Shown: in pieces, positions 41,646 through 50,586 of the stretch | How positions within the stretch are numbered: position 1 is the first letter of the stretch | Layout: each line of letters begins with the position of its first letter | NCBI GenBank assembly: GCA_023269235.1 | Contig: JAHFTW010000001.1 | Location: forward strand, 43,548 to 107,547 | DNA length: 64,000 bases | Origin: Thermoplasmata archaeon | Lineage (GTDB): Archaea; Thermoplasmatota; E2; JACPAO01; JAHFTW01 | Direction of reading: 5' to 3' | Program-made: the position numbers and the translations under genes | Notes under the pieces: generated by a model | Told to the model about the DNA's origin: nothing | The model's database searches: none | The model's input: the letters and a program-made list of their open reading frames with translations, nothing else

Positions 41646-42856
41646 CAGGCACCTTCCTGGAGCAATTCGCGCGCAATAATGAGGCGCTGGACCTCGTTGG
41701 TCCCTTCGTAGATCTCGGTGATGACCTGGTCGCGGAAGGAGCGGTCGATGCGGTACTTCATCTTCAGGCCGTCCCCACCGAAAATCTGGATCGCGCGCTC
41801 GCCGGCGCGGCCGGTCATCTCGCTGCAGTGAATCTTGACGGCGGCCGCGGCGCGGCTCACCTTCTCGCGCAGCGCGCGGGGGACCGGCTCGCCGTGCGCG
41901 ATCTTCTCGTAGTACTCGTTCGTCAGCGTCGCCGCGTGGTAGACGGCGTACTCGGCGAGATGGATGTCGGTCGCCATGTCGGCGAGCATCCACTGGATGG
42001 ACTGGTTCTTCCCGAGCGGCTTGCCGTACCGCTCGCGGTCCTTGGCGCGCCGCACGCAGTCGTCGAGGAGCCGCTTGCAGGCGCCGAGGCACGCCGCGGC
42101 GAGGCCGACGCGGCCGCCATCGAGGGCGGTGAGCGCGGCGATGAAGCCCTCGCCGACCTTCCCGAGCACGTTCTGCTTCGGGACGCGGCAGTTGTCGAAG
42201 ATGAGCTCTGCCGTGTTGCTCTGCCGGATGCCCATCTTGTCCTCGATGGTCCCGACCGTGAAGCCGGGCGTCCCCTTGGAGACGATGAACGCCGTCACGC
42301 CGCCGTGGGCGCCCAGCGTCTCGTCGGTGACCGCGAAGACGACGACGGTGTCGGCGAAGTTGCCGTTCGAGCACCAGATCTTCGTGCCGGAGATGAGCCA
42401 GTCGTCGCCGTCGCGCACCGCCTTCGTCTTGATGCTGGCTGCGTCCGAGCCCGCCGTCGGCTCCGTGAGCGCGAACGCGGCCAGATGCCGTCCTTCGGCG
42501 ATGGGCCGCACGAAGCGCTCGCGCTGGTCGTCGTTGCCGAACAGGTAGATGGGCATCAGGCCGATGCCGCTGTGGGCGCCGAAGATGGTGCCCAGGCTGG
42601 AGTCCACCGCGGAGATCTCCTCCATGAGGATGCAGTACTCCACCTCGCCCATGCCGGCGCCGCCCAGCGCGCGCGGAATGCCGATGCCGAACCAGCCCTG
42701 GTGCTGCATCCGCTTCACCAGCTCCAGCGGGGAGTCGCCGCCGTGGCCTGACCAGTCGTCGTCCGGCAGTCCGGGTTCGATCTGGCTGCGCATGAACTGG
42801 CGCGCCGAGCGCTTGAGGAGGCGCTGCTCTGGGGTGAAGGCGAACTCGAAGGCCAT
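41645..42856 (-). CDS. Acyl-CoA dehydrogenase
   Basis: Canonical ACAD N-terminal, middle and C-terminal domains (GSDAASIKT, and a C-terminal ...YEGTNEVQRL tail). Confidence 0.95.
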   Translation of the reverse strand: MAFEFAFTPEQRLLKRSARQFMRSQIEPGLPDDDWSGHGGDSPLELVKRMQHQGWFGIGIPRALGGAGMGEVEYCILMEEISAVDSSLGTIFGAHSGIGLMPIYLFGNDDQRERFVRPIAEGRHLAAFALTEPTAGSDAASIKTKAVRDGDDWLISGTKIWCSNGNFADTVVVFAVTDETLGAHGGVTAFIVSKGTPGFTVGTIEDKMGIRQSNTAELIFDNCRVPKQNVLGKVGEGFIAALTALDGGRVGLAAACLGACKRLLDDCVRRAKDRERYGKPLGKNQSIQWMLADMATDIHLAEYAVYHAATLTNEYYEKIAHGEPVPRALREKVSRAAAAVKIHCSEMTGRAGERAIQIFGGDGLKMKYRIDRSFRDQVITEIYEGTNEVQRLIIARELLQEGA

Positions 42857-42867
42857 GGGGCTTGCGC

Positions 42868-43650
42868 CTACTTGCCCTTGAACTCGGGGCTGCGCTTCTC
42901 GATGAACGCGGTGACGCCCTCCACCAGGTCCTCGGTGGCGGCGAGGCGCGCGGCGGCGTCGCTTTCGACCTTGAGGGCCGCCTCGCGGGTAGAAGCGCGG
43001 ATGGTGGCGTTGATGGCGAGCTTGGCCTCGCTCACGGCAAGGGGGGCGGCCTTCATGTGGATGGCGCGCGCGATGTCGATGGCCGCGCGGACCTCCTCAC
43101 CGTCGGGGACGATCTTGTTGACGAGGCCGATGCGCTGCGCCTCCTGGGCGTTGATCATCTGGCCCGTGAAGATGAGCTCCTTCGCCTTGGCGGGGCCGAC
43201 GAGGCGGGGCAGGCGCGTCGAGCCGCCCCAGGCGGGCAGGAGGCCGATCCAGACCTCGGGCTGGCCGTAGCGGGCGCGGTCGCTGCTGACGCGGATGTCG
43301 GCGGCCATGGCCAGCTCGCAGCCGCCGCCCAGCGCGAGGTTGTTCACGGCGGCGATGACGGGCTTGCGGCAGTCCTCGATGGCGTTGAACGCGGCGTGGC
43401 CGGCGGCGACGAGCTCCGCGGACTGCTGCGGGCCGAGGCCGGCGAAGGCCTTCAGGTCGGCGCCGGCGCAGAAGGCGTGGTTGCCGGAGCCCGTGAGCAC
43501 GATGGCGCGCACGTCGTCGTTCTTCGAGAGGCCGTCGAACTCCGCCTTGAGCTCTTTCAGGACGGCGGGGTTGAGCGCGTTGACCGGCGGGTGGTCGAGC
43601 GTGACGGTGGCGATCTTGTTGTCGATCTTGACTTTGACGAGGTCTCCCAT
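42868..43650 (-). CDS. Enoyl-CoA hydratase (crotonase family)
   Basis: AIVLTGSGNHAFCAGADLK oxyanion-hole motif. Start at MGDLVKV (ATG at 43648-43650 verified). Confidence 0.9.
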   Translation of the reverse strand: MGDLVKVKIDNKIATVTLDHPPVNALNPAVLKELKAEFDGLSKNDDVRAIVLTGSGNHAFCAGADLKAFAGLGPQQSAELVAAGHAAFNAIEDCRKPVIAAVNNLALGGGCELAMAADIRVSSDRARYGQPEVWIGLLPAWGGSTRLPRLVGPAKAKELIFTGQMINAQEAQRIGLVNKIVPDGEEVRAAIDIARAIHMKAAPLAVSEAKLAINATIRASTREAALKVESDAAARLAATEDLVEGVTAFIEKRSPEFKGK

Positions 43651-43694
43651 GGTGTGTGTCTCCGGGTGTGGGTGGGGGAAGGGTGGGGTGAGGC

Positions 43695-44684
43695 TTAGGC
43701 GTCCCGGTTGTACTCGAAGAAGCCGCGCCCGGACTTCTGGCCGAGGCGGCCGGCGGCGACGAGCTGGTTGATGATCTGGACGGGGCGCTGGGCGACGACG
43801 CCGCCCTGCTGCTCCCGGATGCTCTTGGCGGCGTGCTGGATGACGTCGAGGCCGACCAGGTCGGCGAGGGCGAGCGGGCCCATCGGGAAGCCGGCGCCGG
43901 TCTGCATCGCGAGGTCGATGTCCTTGGGCTTGGCGATGCCCTCCTCGTAGCAGGCGAACGCCTCCGCGAGCATGGGGCCGAGGATGCGGTTCACGAGGAA
44001 GCCGGGGCACTCCTTGACCTGGATGGGGATGAGCGGGTAGCGGTGGTTGCGCAGAGGGGCGAGGAAATTGACGACGTCCTCAACGATGTCGGCGCGCGAC
44101 TCGATGCCGGGGATGATCTCGATGAGCGGCAGCGTGGTCGGGGGGTTGAAGAAATGGACGCCGAGGAAGCGGCCGCGACGGGCGGACGGCAGGCTCGCGG
44201 CGAGGTCGGTGATGCTGAGCGTGCTCGTGTTGGAGGCGAGGACGGTGTGTTCCGGCACCTTGGTGATGAGCTCGGCGAAGATCTTCTTCTTCAGCGCGGG
44301 GTTCTCGGGCGCGGCCTCGATGACGAGGTCGGCCTTGTCGCAGCCCTCCCACCCTGTCGTGAACGTGATCTTCGCGAGGAGCTTTTCCTTGCGCTTGGCG
44401 TCGAAGTTGGGCTTGAGCGTCTCGGCGGCCTTCGCCTTCTGCTCGGCGGTGAGGGCCACGCCCGATTTGGACTCGAACTCCTGAATGGCGCGGGCCGCCT
44501 TTCCGGCCTGGAACGCGACGAGGCCGTCCAGGTCGCCTTCGATGGTCTTGCGGCCGCGGGCGAGGGCGGCGTCGTCCACGTCCCGGAGCGTCACATTGAC
44601 GTTGTTGAGCGCCAAGACCTCGGCGATGCGGGCGCCCATGACGCCGGCTCCGATGACGATGGCCCGGTCAACGAACAGCACCAT
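43695..44684 (-). CDS. 3-hydroxyacyl-CoA (3-hydroxybutyryl-CoA) dehydrogenase
   Basis: N-terminal NAD-binding IGAGVMGARIA, the SNTS motif and a C-terminal dimerisation domain. Confidence 0.9.
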   Translation of the reverse strand: MVLFVDRAIVIGAGVMGARIAEVLALNNVNVTLRDVDDAALARGRKTIEGDLDGLVAFQAGKAARAIQEFESKSGVALTAEQKAKAAETLKPNFDAKRKEKLLAKITFTTGWEGCDKADLVIEAAPENPALKKKIFAELITKVPEHTVLASNTSTLSITDLAASLPSARRGRFLGVHFFNPPTTLPLIEIIPGIESRADIVEDVVNFLAPLRNHRYPLIPIQVKECPGFLVNRILGPMLAEAFACYEEGIAKPKDIDLAMQTGAGFPMGPLALADLVGLDVIQHAAKSIREQQGGVVAQRPVQIINQLVAAGRLGQKSGRGFFEYNRDA

Positions 44685-44994
44685 GGGTTCACTGCCGGTC
44701 GGACCGGCATCCGGACAAGCCCACCGGGCCGGTTAATAGTTCCTCCAAGAGTCATCCCGGCAGGCTTGCCCAGTTCAATACCCATTGACAGGTTCATGGC
44801 TGACTTGAAAATGTCCAGGTGAAGCCACGGGGTACCCGATTCGAAACGTACCGCTTCGTCTGTCGCTTTCTCAATCCGCGTCCGACGATTTTTTCTCCTG
44901 GACGGCCGGGTCAGGCCAGCGTCGTTTTCCCTCGGGTCTGCTCTTAAGCTTGTGGGCCAACGGGTATGAACCTCGGAGTCGCGACCTAGGGACC

Positions 44995-45846
44995 ATGGCC
45001 GCGCAACCGACCAGTCCCTCTGCCTATCCTGGCGCCATTCGCATCCCCACGCCCAAATCCAGCAGTTCCTGGACCGCGCCGTGGCGCGCCGGCCAGGCGC
45101 CGACCCGCCCCGGGGTAGCCCCCGTCCGGCCGCTTTCTGCGGTCCCTGCCCCCGCGCCCGGTCCGGCCAAGGCCCCCCGGGCCCCTCCCCCCATGCGCGC
45201 GGCCGCCCATGCAGCCCCCCCTCGTCCTGCGGCGCCGACCCGCCCGGCCCCTGCCCGCGGCCCGGCCCCCACGGACGCCAAGCCCCGCAAGGGCCTCGGC
45301 GCCTGGATCCGCCTCCACAAGGTCGCCTCGATTGCCATCGTGAGCCTCCTCCTCGTCGCCGGCCTCGTCGCGGCCGTCGTCTCCATCCGCCAGGACGTCA
45401 CGGCGACGACCAGCTCCAAGGCCCCGCTTGTCATCTTCCAGAACGGCGCCGACTACGCCAGCATCAACACCGCCGGCTTCGCCACCTTGACGCTTGGCAC
45501 CTCCGCCACCAGCGCCACGTTGGCGCTCTCGGGGATTCCGGGCGCGGCCCAGACCAGCCTCGGCAACATCCTCAAGCTCAACAACCAGGACGCCACCCAC
45601 CCCGAGTCCGTCACCCTCGGGCGCAGCACGACCCTCAACGCCGCCATCACCAGCTTTGTCGTGACGGTCAAGAATGGCGCGAGCACGCTCGCCACCTGGG
45701 ATGCAGTCTCCGCAGCGTCCTCGTCCAGCTTCACGCTCCCCGTCTCCACAGTCCTTGACATCACCATCGTGCTCGTGGTCACGGACGGCACCGCGGCCGG
45801 CAGCCTTGGCAGCTTCGGCATGCAGTTTACCCTGGCCCCCACGTGA
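44995..45846 (+). CDS. Paralog 1 of tandem Ser/Thr/Ala-rich surface proteins: Pro/Ala-rich cytoplasmic tail, single TM anchor, beta-rich ectodomain
   Basis: ~110-aa P/A/R-rich N-terminal tail, TM IAIVSLLLVAGLVAAVV, then ...VIFQNGADY...SFGMQFTLAPT. The longer ORF starts at 44950. Confidence 0.55.
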   Translation: MAAQPTSPSAYPGAIRIPTPKSSSSWTAPWRAGQAPTRPGVAPVRPLSAVPAPAPGPAKAPRAPPPMRAAAHAAPPRPAAPTRPAPARGPAPTDAKPRKGLGAWIRLHKVASIAIVSLLLVAGLVAAVVSIRQDVTATTSSKAPLVIFQNGADYASINTAGFATLTLGTSATSATLALSGIPGAAQTSLGNILKLNNQDATHPESVTLGRSTTLNAAITSFVVTVKNGASTLATWDAVSAASSSSFTLPVSTVLDITIVLVVTDGTAAGSLGSFGMQFTLAPT

Positions 45847-45856
45847 GGCGACGACA

Positions 45857-46510
45857 ATGACCGACCCGCCATCCAACACCATTTTGCGTGCATCACCCGC
45901 CCAAAAGTCGCCCCGGCACCGCGGCGTTGCCGGCCGCCTGTTCAAGGCCGGTCGCTTCAGCCTCAGCGTGTGGATGAAGCTCCACCGCACCCTGCTGGCA
46001 TCCCTGGCCGGCCTCCTCGCCGCGGCCATCCTCGTCGTGGCCGTCGTGAGCTTCCGCATGGACGTCACCTCGAACCCCGCCTCAAAGGCTCCCGACGTCG
46101 CGTTCCAGAACGGCGCCGACTACACGGGCATCAACGTCGCGGGCTTCGCGACCGTGACGCTCGGCGCGTCCGGCACCAGCGCCACCTTGGCCCTCTCCGG
46201 CATCGCCGGCGTCGCGCAGACGAGCCTCGCGAACATCCTGAAGCTCTCCGACGGCAGCGCGACCGTGCCCTACACGGTGAGCCTCGCCCGCAGCGCGGCC
46301 CCGAACGCCGCCATCACGAGCTTCCAGGTCACCGTCAAGAACGGCGCGAGCACCCTGCTGACCTGGGACGCGGTCGCCTCCGCGACCTCGTCCAGCTTCA
46401 CGCTGCCGGTCTCCACCAGCCTGGACATCAGCATCCTCGTCGTCGTCGCCGACGGCACCGCCGCCGGAAGCCTCGGCAGCTTCGCGATGCAGTTCACTCT
46501 GGCTCCGTGA
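45857..46510 (+). CDS. Paralog 2 of tandem Ser/Thr/Ala-rich surface proteins
   Basis: gagg RBS. TM LASLAGLLAAAILVVAVV, then VAFQNGADY...SFAMQFTLAP. ~65% identical to paralog 1 in the ectodomain. Confidence 0.6.
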   Translation: MTDPPSNTILRASPAQKSPRHRGVAGRLFKAGRFSLSVWMKLHRTLLASLAGLLAAAILVVAVVSFRMDVTSNPASKAPDVAFQNGADYTGINVAGFATVTLGASGTSATLALSGIAGVAQTSLANILKLSDGSATVPYTVSLARSAAPNAAITSFQVTVKNGASTLLTWDAVASATSSSFTLPVSTSLDISILVVVADGTAAGSLGSFAMQFTLAP

Positions 46511-46518
46511 GGGTCGTC

Positions 46519-47043
46519 ATGCTGCGCGGCGGCCGAGTCGTCCTTGCCACCTTCGTGGCGATGGCGCTCGCCGTTGCCGCCACGACCACCCACCGCCAGG
46601 ACCTCACGACGACGCCCGCCGCGAAGGCGCCTCCCGTGACCCTGGCGGCGGGGACGAGCGGCTCGACCTCGCTTGGCTCGAGCGGCACCAGCGCCACGAC
46701 CTCCGTCGGCATTGGCCTCACCACGCTCACCGTGCTCAAGGTCCACAAGGTCTCGGACAACTGGGATGTCAAAGTGAGCCTCGGCTCCGCGTCGGGGTTC
46801 GGGGTCCTTGAGTCCGCCACAGTCGCCCTCGTGGGGGGCTCCGCCCAGAACCAGGTCGTCATCCTGCTTGGCACTGTAACCCAAAGCTCGGGCAGCACCG
46901 TCGCGCTGACAGGATCCGACCTCACGATCACCGTCGCCGGCACGGTCGCCGTCACCGGCACCTTGGCCCTCAACGTGGTGCTGGTGCCCCAGGGCGGCAC
47001 GGCCCCCGTCATGACCTACTCCTACACGTTGACCCTGACCTGA
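46519..47043 (+). CDS. Paralog 3 of tandem Ser/Thr/Ala-rich surface proteins (more divergent)
   Basis: gaggg RBS, signal/anchor VVLATFVAMALAVAATTT, then a similar T/S/A/G/V-rich beta-type composition. Confidence 0.55.
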   Translation: MLRGGRVVLATFVAMALAVAATTTHRQDLTTTPAAKAPPVTLAAGTSGSTSLGSSGTSATTSVGIGLTTLTVLKVHKVSDNWDVKVSLGSASGFGVLESATVALVGGSAQNQVVILLGTVTQSSGSTVALTGSDLTITVAGTVAVTGTLALNVVLVPQGGTAPVMTYSYTLTLT

Positions 47044-47103
47044 CGCGGCCCGCCCCGCGCAGTCCTTATCCCCCCGTCCTCCCTCGACACGGACAGTGAG
47101 ACC

Positions 47104-47379
47104 ATGAGTCCAGCCAAACCCGCCAAGAAGACCGCCGCGAAGGCCGCGGCGCCCGCCAAGAAGGCCGCCCCCAAGGCCGCCGCGAAGAAGCCGGTCACGC
47201 ACACCCCACCCAGCAAGAAGGTCGTCGCGAAGGCGCAGCATGACCACCAGGACCCCCGCGTCGGCGCCGACCACGGGCATGCCCAGGCCGGGCACGCGAA
47301 GCACCAGCACGAGGGCATCCCCCCGGCTCCGCGCTTCAACAAGGTCATCAACTGGTTCCGCCGCGGCAGCGGACGATAG
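47104..47379 (+). CDS. Small Lys/Ala/Pro-rich basic protein with His-rich C-terminal tail
   Basis: AKKTAAKAAAPAKKAAPKAAAKKP (histone H1/Hc1-like), then HDHQD..HGHAQAGHAKHQHEG. Possible RBS upstream. A T-rich stem-loop terminator candidate follows. Confidence 0.4.
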   Translation: MSPAKPAKKTAAKAAAPAKKAAPKAAAKKPVTHTPPSKKVVAKAQHDHQDPRVGADHGHAQAGHAKHQHEGIPPAPRFNKVINWFRRGSGR

Positions 47380-47406
47380 GACGCTGGCGTGGCGGCCGAA
47401 GGAATG

Positions 47407-47500
47407 CCTCCGGTTGACGGAGTCGACCGGAGGCTCCGCCGCGGCACGGGCCGCTGAACGTTGCTCACGCTAGCCCTTCTTCTCTTTCTCTCCCCTTTCT
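47407..47500 (+). terminator. Stem-loop plus pyrimidine/oligo-T tract, terminator candidate
   Basis: Inverted repeat cctccgg-N13-ccggagg (47407-47433), a second GC hairpin gcggc..gccgc, then cccttcttctctttctctcccctttct. Confidence 0.3.
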
Positions 47501-47507
47501 AGAGGTC

Positions 47508-47747
47508 TTACGAGCCGACGACGATGACGTCGCGCACGGCGCGGATGGCCGAGAACGGGTAGGTGAGGCGGCCCTGGGCGTCCTTGGGCATGCCCTTCGT
47601 GTTGACCTCTTGGCCGGGCTCGACGTGGATGCCGACCAGGTCGCCGGTCTGGACGTTCGTGCTGATGGCGCGCAGGATGCCGAGGTAGCCTCCCTCGTTG
47701 CTCATCACGGTCTTGCCACGCAGCTCGGACTCGAAGACCTTCGTCAT
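47508..47747 (-). CDS. PRC-barrel domain protein
   Basis: ~80 aa with GKTVMSNEGGYLGILRAISTNVQTGDLVGI, typical of archaeal PRC-barrel proteins. ATG at 47745-47747 verified. Confidence 0.55.
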   Translation of the reverse strand: MTKVFESELRGKTVMSNEGGYLGILRAISTNVQTGDLVGIHVEPGQEVNTKGMPKDAQGRLTYPFSAIRAVRDVIVVGS

Positions 47748-47799
47748 ATCTTCCCTCAAAGGCCACCAGTGGGCGGCCGAAGATAAGGATTCGGAACGG

Positions 47800-48156
47800 C
47801 TACGCGGGGAGGACGCGCGTGTCCGGGTTGCTCGGGCAGGAGTCGGCGCTCTGGAATCCGCCGACGCCGTTGGATTCCGTGTACACCAGGGCCGGCTGTT
47901 CCCCGACAAGGTAGACGTAGTACTCGTTCACGTCGGTCTTGACGATGTAGGAACCCTGCTGGACCTCGCACGGCGGCGATTCCGGCGCTGCCGAGGCCGG
48001 CGGCGTGGACGGCGAAGGGTCGGCTGGGTCGGACGACGACGGGGCGGCCGACGCGCTCGTCTTGCCCGAGGTCGGGGCGGGGCTCGGCTCAGCCGTCTGG
48101 CTCGCGCATCCGGCAAGGAGGAGGCATCCTACGAAGGTCAGGGCAAGCAGGCGCAC
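47800..48156 (-). CDS. Small secreted lipoprotein (Ser/Pro/Ala-rich linker)
   Basis: Lipobox LLLAGCAS. GTG start with ggtgga RBS chosen to avoid a 62-nt overlap with cdc48; the longer ORF reaches 48264. Confidence 0.45.
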   Translation of the reverse strand: MRLLALTFVGCLLLAGCASQTAEPSPAPTSGKTSASAAPSSSDPADPSPSTPPASAAPESPPCEVQQGSYIVKTDVNEYYVYLVGEQPALVYTESNGVGGFQSADSCPSNPDTRVLPA

Positions 48157-48202
48157 GAGGCGTCCACCCGGCAAGCGGGTCTTAGGGCTTTGGAGCGCCG
48201 TC

Positions 48203-50422
48203 CTACAGGAACTCCATCCCGCCGGCGTTGCCGGTGGCGGCCTTCTTGACGGCGGTCTGGCCAAGCTGCTCGGCGAGGCGGTCGTAGTACTTGATGACCT
48301 CCTCGGTCACCGAGCTGCGAACACTGCGGAGCGCCTCCTCGAAGTGGTTCTTGTTGACGATGCGGGCCTTGCGGTCCTCGCGCAGCGCCATGATGGCGGA
48401 CTCGCGACAGAGGCTCTCCAGGTCGGCGCCGACGTAGCCCTTCGTGAGCTTGGCGAGCTCGGCGAGGTCCACGTCCTTGCCGAGCGGCATGCCGGCCGTG
48501 TGGACCTTGAGGATCTGCAGGCGGGCGCCCTCGTCGGGGGCGCTGACCTTGATGACGCGGTCGAAACGGCCGGCACGCAGCAGGCCGGGGTCGATGATGT
48601 CGGGACGGTTGGTGGCGCCGATGATGACGACGCCCTCCATGCCCTCGAGGCCGTCCATGAGCGTCAGGAGCTGGTTGACGATGCTCTCCGTGACGTGGCT
48701 GCCCTCGTAGGCGCCGCGGCGCGGGGCGATGGAGTCGATCTCGTCGAGGAAGACGATGCTCGGGCTTGCCTGTTTCGCCTTCTTGAAGATCTCGCGAATG
48801 GCCTTCTCGGACTCGCCGACCCACTTCGACAGGACCTCGGGGCCCTTGACGCTGAGGAAGTTGGCGCCGGACTGGTTCGCGACCGCCTTGGCAAGAAGGG
48901 TCTTGCCGGTGCCGGGGGGACCGTAGAGCAGGATGCCGCGCGGCGGCTTGATGCCCATGCGGGTGAACGACTCGGGGTCCTCGAGGGGCCACTCGACGGC
49001 CTCCTTGAGCTGCTGCTTGACCTCGGCGAGGCCGCCGACGGTCTCCCAGGTGACGTTGGGGACCTCGACGAGGAACTCGCGCAGGGCCGAGGGGTCCACG
49101 ATCTTGAGGGCGCCCTTGAAGTCGTCCGCGTTGACGTTCATGCGCTCCAGCAGTTCGGCGGGGACCGGCTGGTCAAGGTCAATCTCAGGGAGGAAGCGCC
49201 GGAGCGATTTCATGGCGGCCTCGCGGGCGAGGGCCATCAGGTCGGCGCCGACGAAGCCGTGCGTCTGGTCCGCGAGCGACTCCAGGCTCACGTCCTCCGC
49301 CTTCGGCATGTTGCGCGTCTGGATCATGAGGATCTCGAGGCGGCCCTCCTTGTCGGGGACGCCGATCTCGACCTCGCGGTCGAAGCGGCCAGGGCGGCGG
49401 AGTGCTGGGTCAATGGAGTCAGGGCGGTTGGTGGCGCCGATGACGATGATCTTGCCGCGGCCCTTGAGGCCGTCCATGAGGGTGAGCATCTGGCTCACGA
49501 CGCGGCGCTCGACCTCGCCCTGGACCTCGTCGCGCTTCGGGGCGATAGCGTCCATCTCGTCGATGAAGACGATGCTGGGGGCGTTCTTCTCGGCCTCCTC
49601 GAAGGTCTTGCGCAGGTTCTCCTCGGACTGGCCGTAGAACTTGCTCATGATCTCGGGGCCGTTGATGGTGTAGAACTGCGCGCCGGCCTCGTTGGCGACC
49701 GCCTTGGCGATCATGGTCTTGCCCGTGCCGGGCGGGCCGTGCAGCAGGACGCCCTTGGGCGGGTCGATGCCGAGGCGCTCGAAGAGCTCGGGGTGCTTGA
49801 GGGGCAGCTCGATCATCTCGCGGACGTTCGTGAGGGCCTCGCGCAGGCCGCCGATGTCCTCGTAGCTGATCTGCGAGACGGCGGCGCCGGCGCTGGTGGC
49901 GGCCTCCTCGCTGACCTTGATCTGGGTCTCCTCGTTGATGAGCACGATGCCCTTGGGGTTCGTGCTGATGATGCTGAACGGGAGGGCGTTGCCGAACAGC
50001 GCGATGTTGGGGACGACGACGATGTCGCCCTGGACGCAGGGGCGCTTGAGCAGGCCGCGCTTGGCAAGAGCGTCGATGCCGTCGCCGAACTGAATCTGCT
50101 GGTCCTGGCTGATGGCGGGCGCCAGGGTGACCTGCTTGGCCGGCTTGACATCGGCCTTCTTGATGGCGACCTTGTCGCCGATGCTGACGCCGGCGTTCTT
50201 GCGCGTCAGGTTGTCCACATGGATGATGCCCTTGCCCTCGTCGCCGGGGTGCGAGCGCCAGACGACGGCGGCGGTCGTCTTGTGGCCCTTGATCTCGATG
50301 ATGTCGCCGGGGCTGAGGTTCAGTTCGACGCGGGTCTGGCCGTCGAGGCGGGCACGGCCGTAGGACACGTCCTGCTGGAGGGCCTCGACGACGCGGAGGG
50401 TGGCTTCGGTCTTGGTGGCCAT
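48203..50422 (-). CDS. cdc48: Cdc48/VCP/p97-type AAA+ ATPase (N domain plus two AAA domains)
   Basis: Two Walker A boxes (GPPGTGKT twice), SRH regions, the N-terminal double-psi barrel region and a C-terminal tail. Confidence 0.95.
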   Translation of the reverse strand: MATKTEATLRVVEALQQDVSYGRARLDGQTRVELNLSPGDIIEIKGHKTTAAVVWRSHPGDEGKGIIHVDNLTRKNAGVSIGDKVAIKKADVKPAKQVTLAPAISQDQQIQFGDGIDALAKRGLLKRPCVQGDIVVVPNIALFGNALPFSIISTNPKGIVLINEETQIKVSEEAATSAGAAVSQISYEDIGGLREALTNVREMIELPLKHPELFERLGIDPPKGVLLHGPPGTGKTMIAKAVANEAGAQFYTINGPEIMSKFYGQSEENLRKTFEEAEKNAPSIVFIDEMDAIAPKRDEVQGEVERRVVSQMLTLMDGLKGRGKIIVIGATNRPDSIDPALRRPGRFDREVEIGVPDKEGRLEILMIQTRNMPKAEDVSLESLADQTHGFVGADLMALAREAAMKSLRRFLPEIDLDQPVPAELLERMNVNADDFKGALKIVDPSALREFLVEVPNVTWETVGGLAEVKQQLKEAVEWPLEDPESFTRMGIKPPRGILLYGPPGTGKTLLAKAVANQSGANFLSVKGPEVLSKWVGESEKAIREIFKKAKQASPSIVFLDEIDSIAPRRGAYEGSHVTESIVNQLLTLMDGLEGMEGVVIIGATNRPDIIDPGLLRAGRFDRVIKVSAPDEGARLQILKVHTAGMPLGKDVDLAELAKLTKGYVGADLESLCRESAIMALREDRKARIVNKNHFEEALRSVRSSVTEEVIKYYDRLAEQLGQTAVKKAATGNAGGMEFL

Positions 50423-50586
50423 GGGATGTCAGCCCGGCATCTGTCAGGACTTCTACAAAAGGTGAACGGTGCCGGCTAGCGCCGTCCCCTTCTGCGGTCC
50501 TGGGGCGTCTCCGCCCGTGCCAGACTTGCCATCCGTCCCCGGTTCTTATAGGAGCGGAAACGCGCCGTCCCCGCAGCCGCCCGGCC

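Noticed and set aside
44685-44994. tRNA gene in the long intergenic region
   Set aside because: I searched by eye for GTTCRANYC T-loop and acceptor-stem complementarity. Only a weak cgattcgaaacg was found, with no cloverleaf-compatible pairing.
45674-45856. N-terminal extension of surface-protein paralog 2 (ORF from 45674)
   Set aside because: It overlaps the 3' end of paralog 1. An internal ATG at 45857 with a gagg RBS sits just after the paralog 1 stop and aligns with the paralog 1 architecture.
48157-48264. Longer version of the small lipoprotein gene starting at ATG 48264
   Set aside because: It would overlap the cdc48 3' end by 62 nt on the same strand. An in-frame GTG at 48156 with a ggtgga RBS lies just before the signal peptide and removes the overlap. 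The longer form cannot be excluded.
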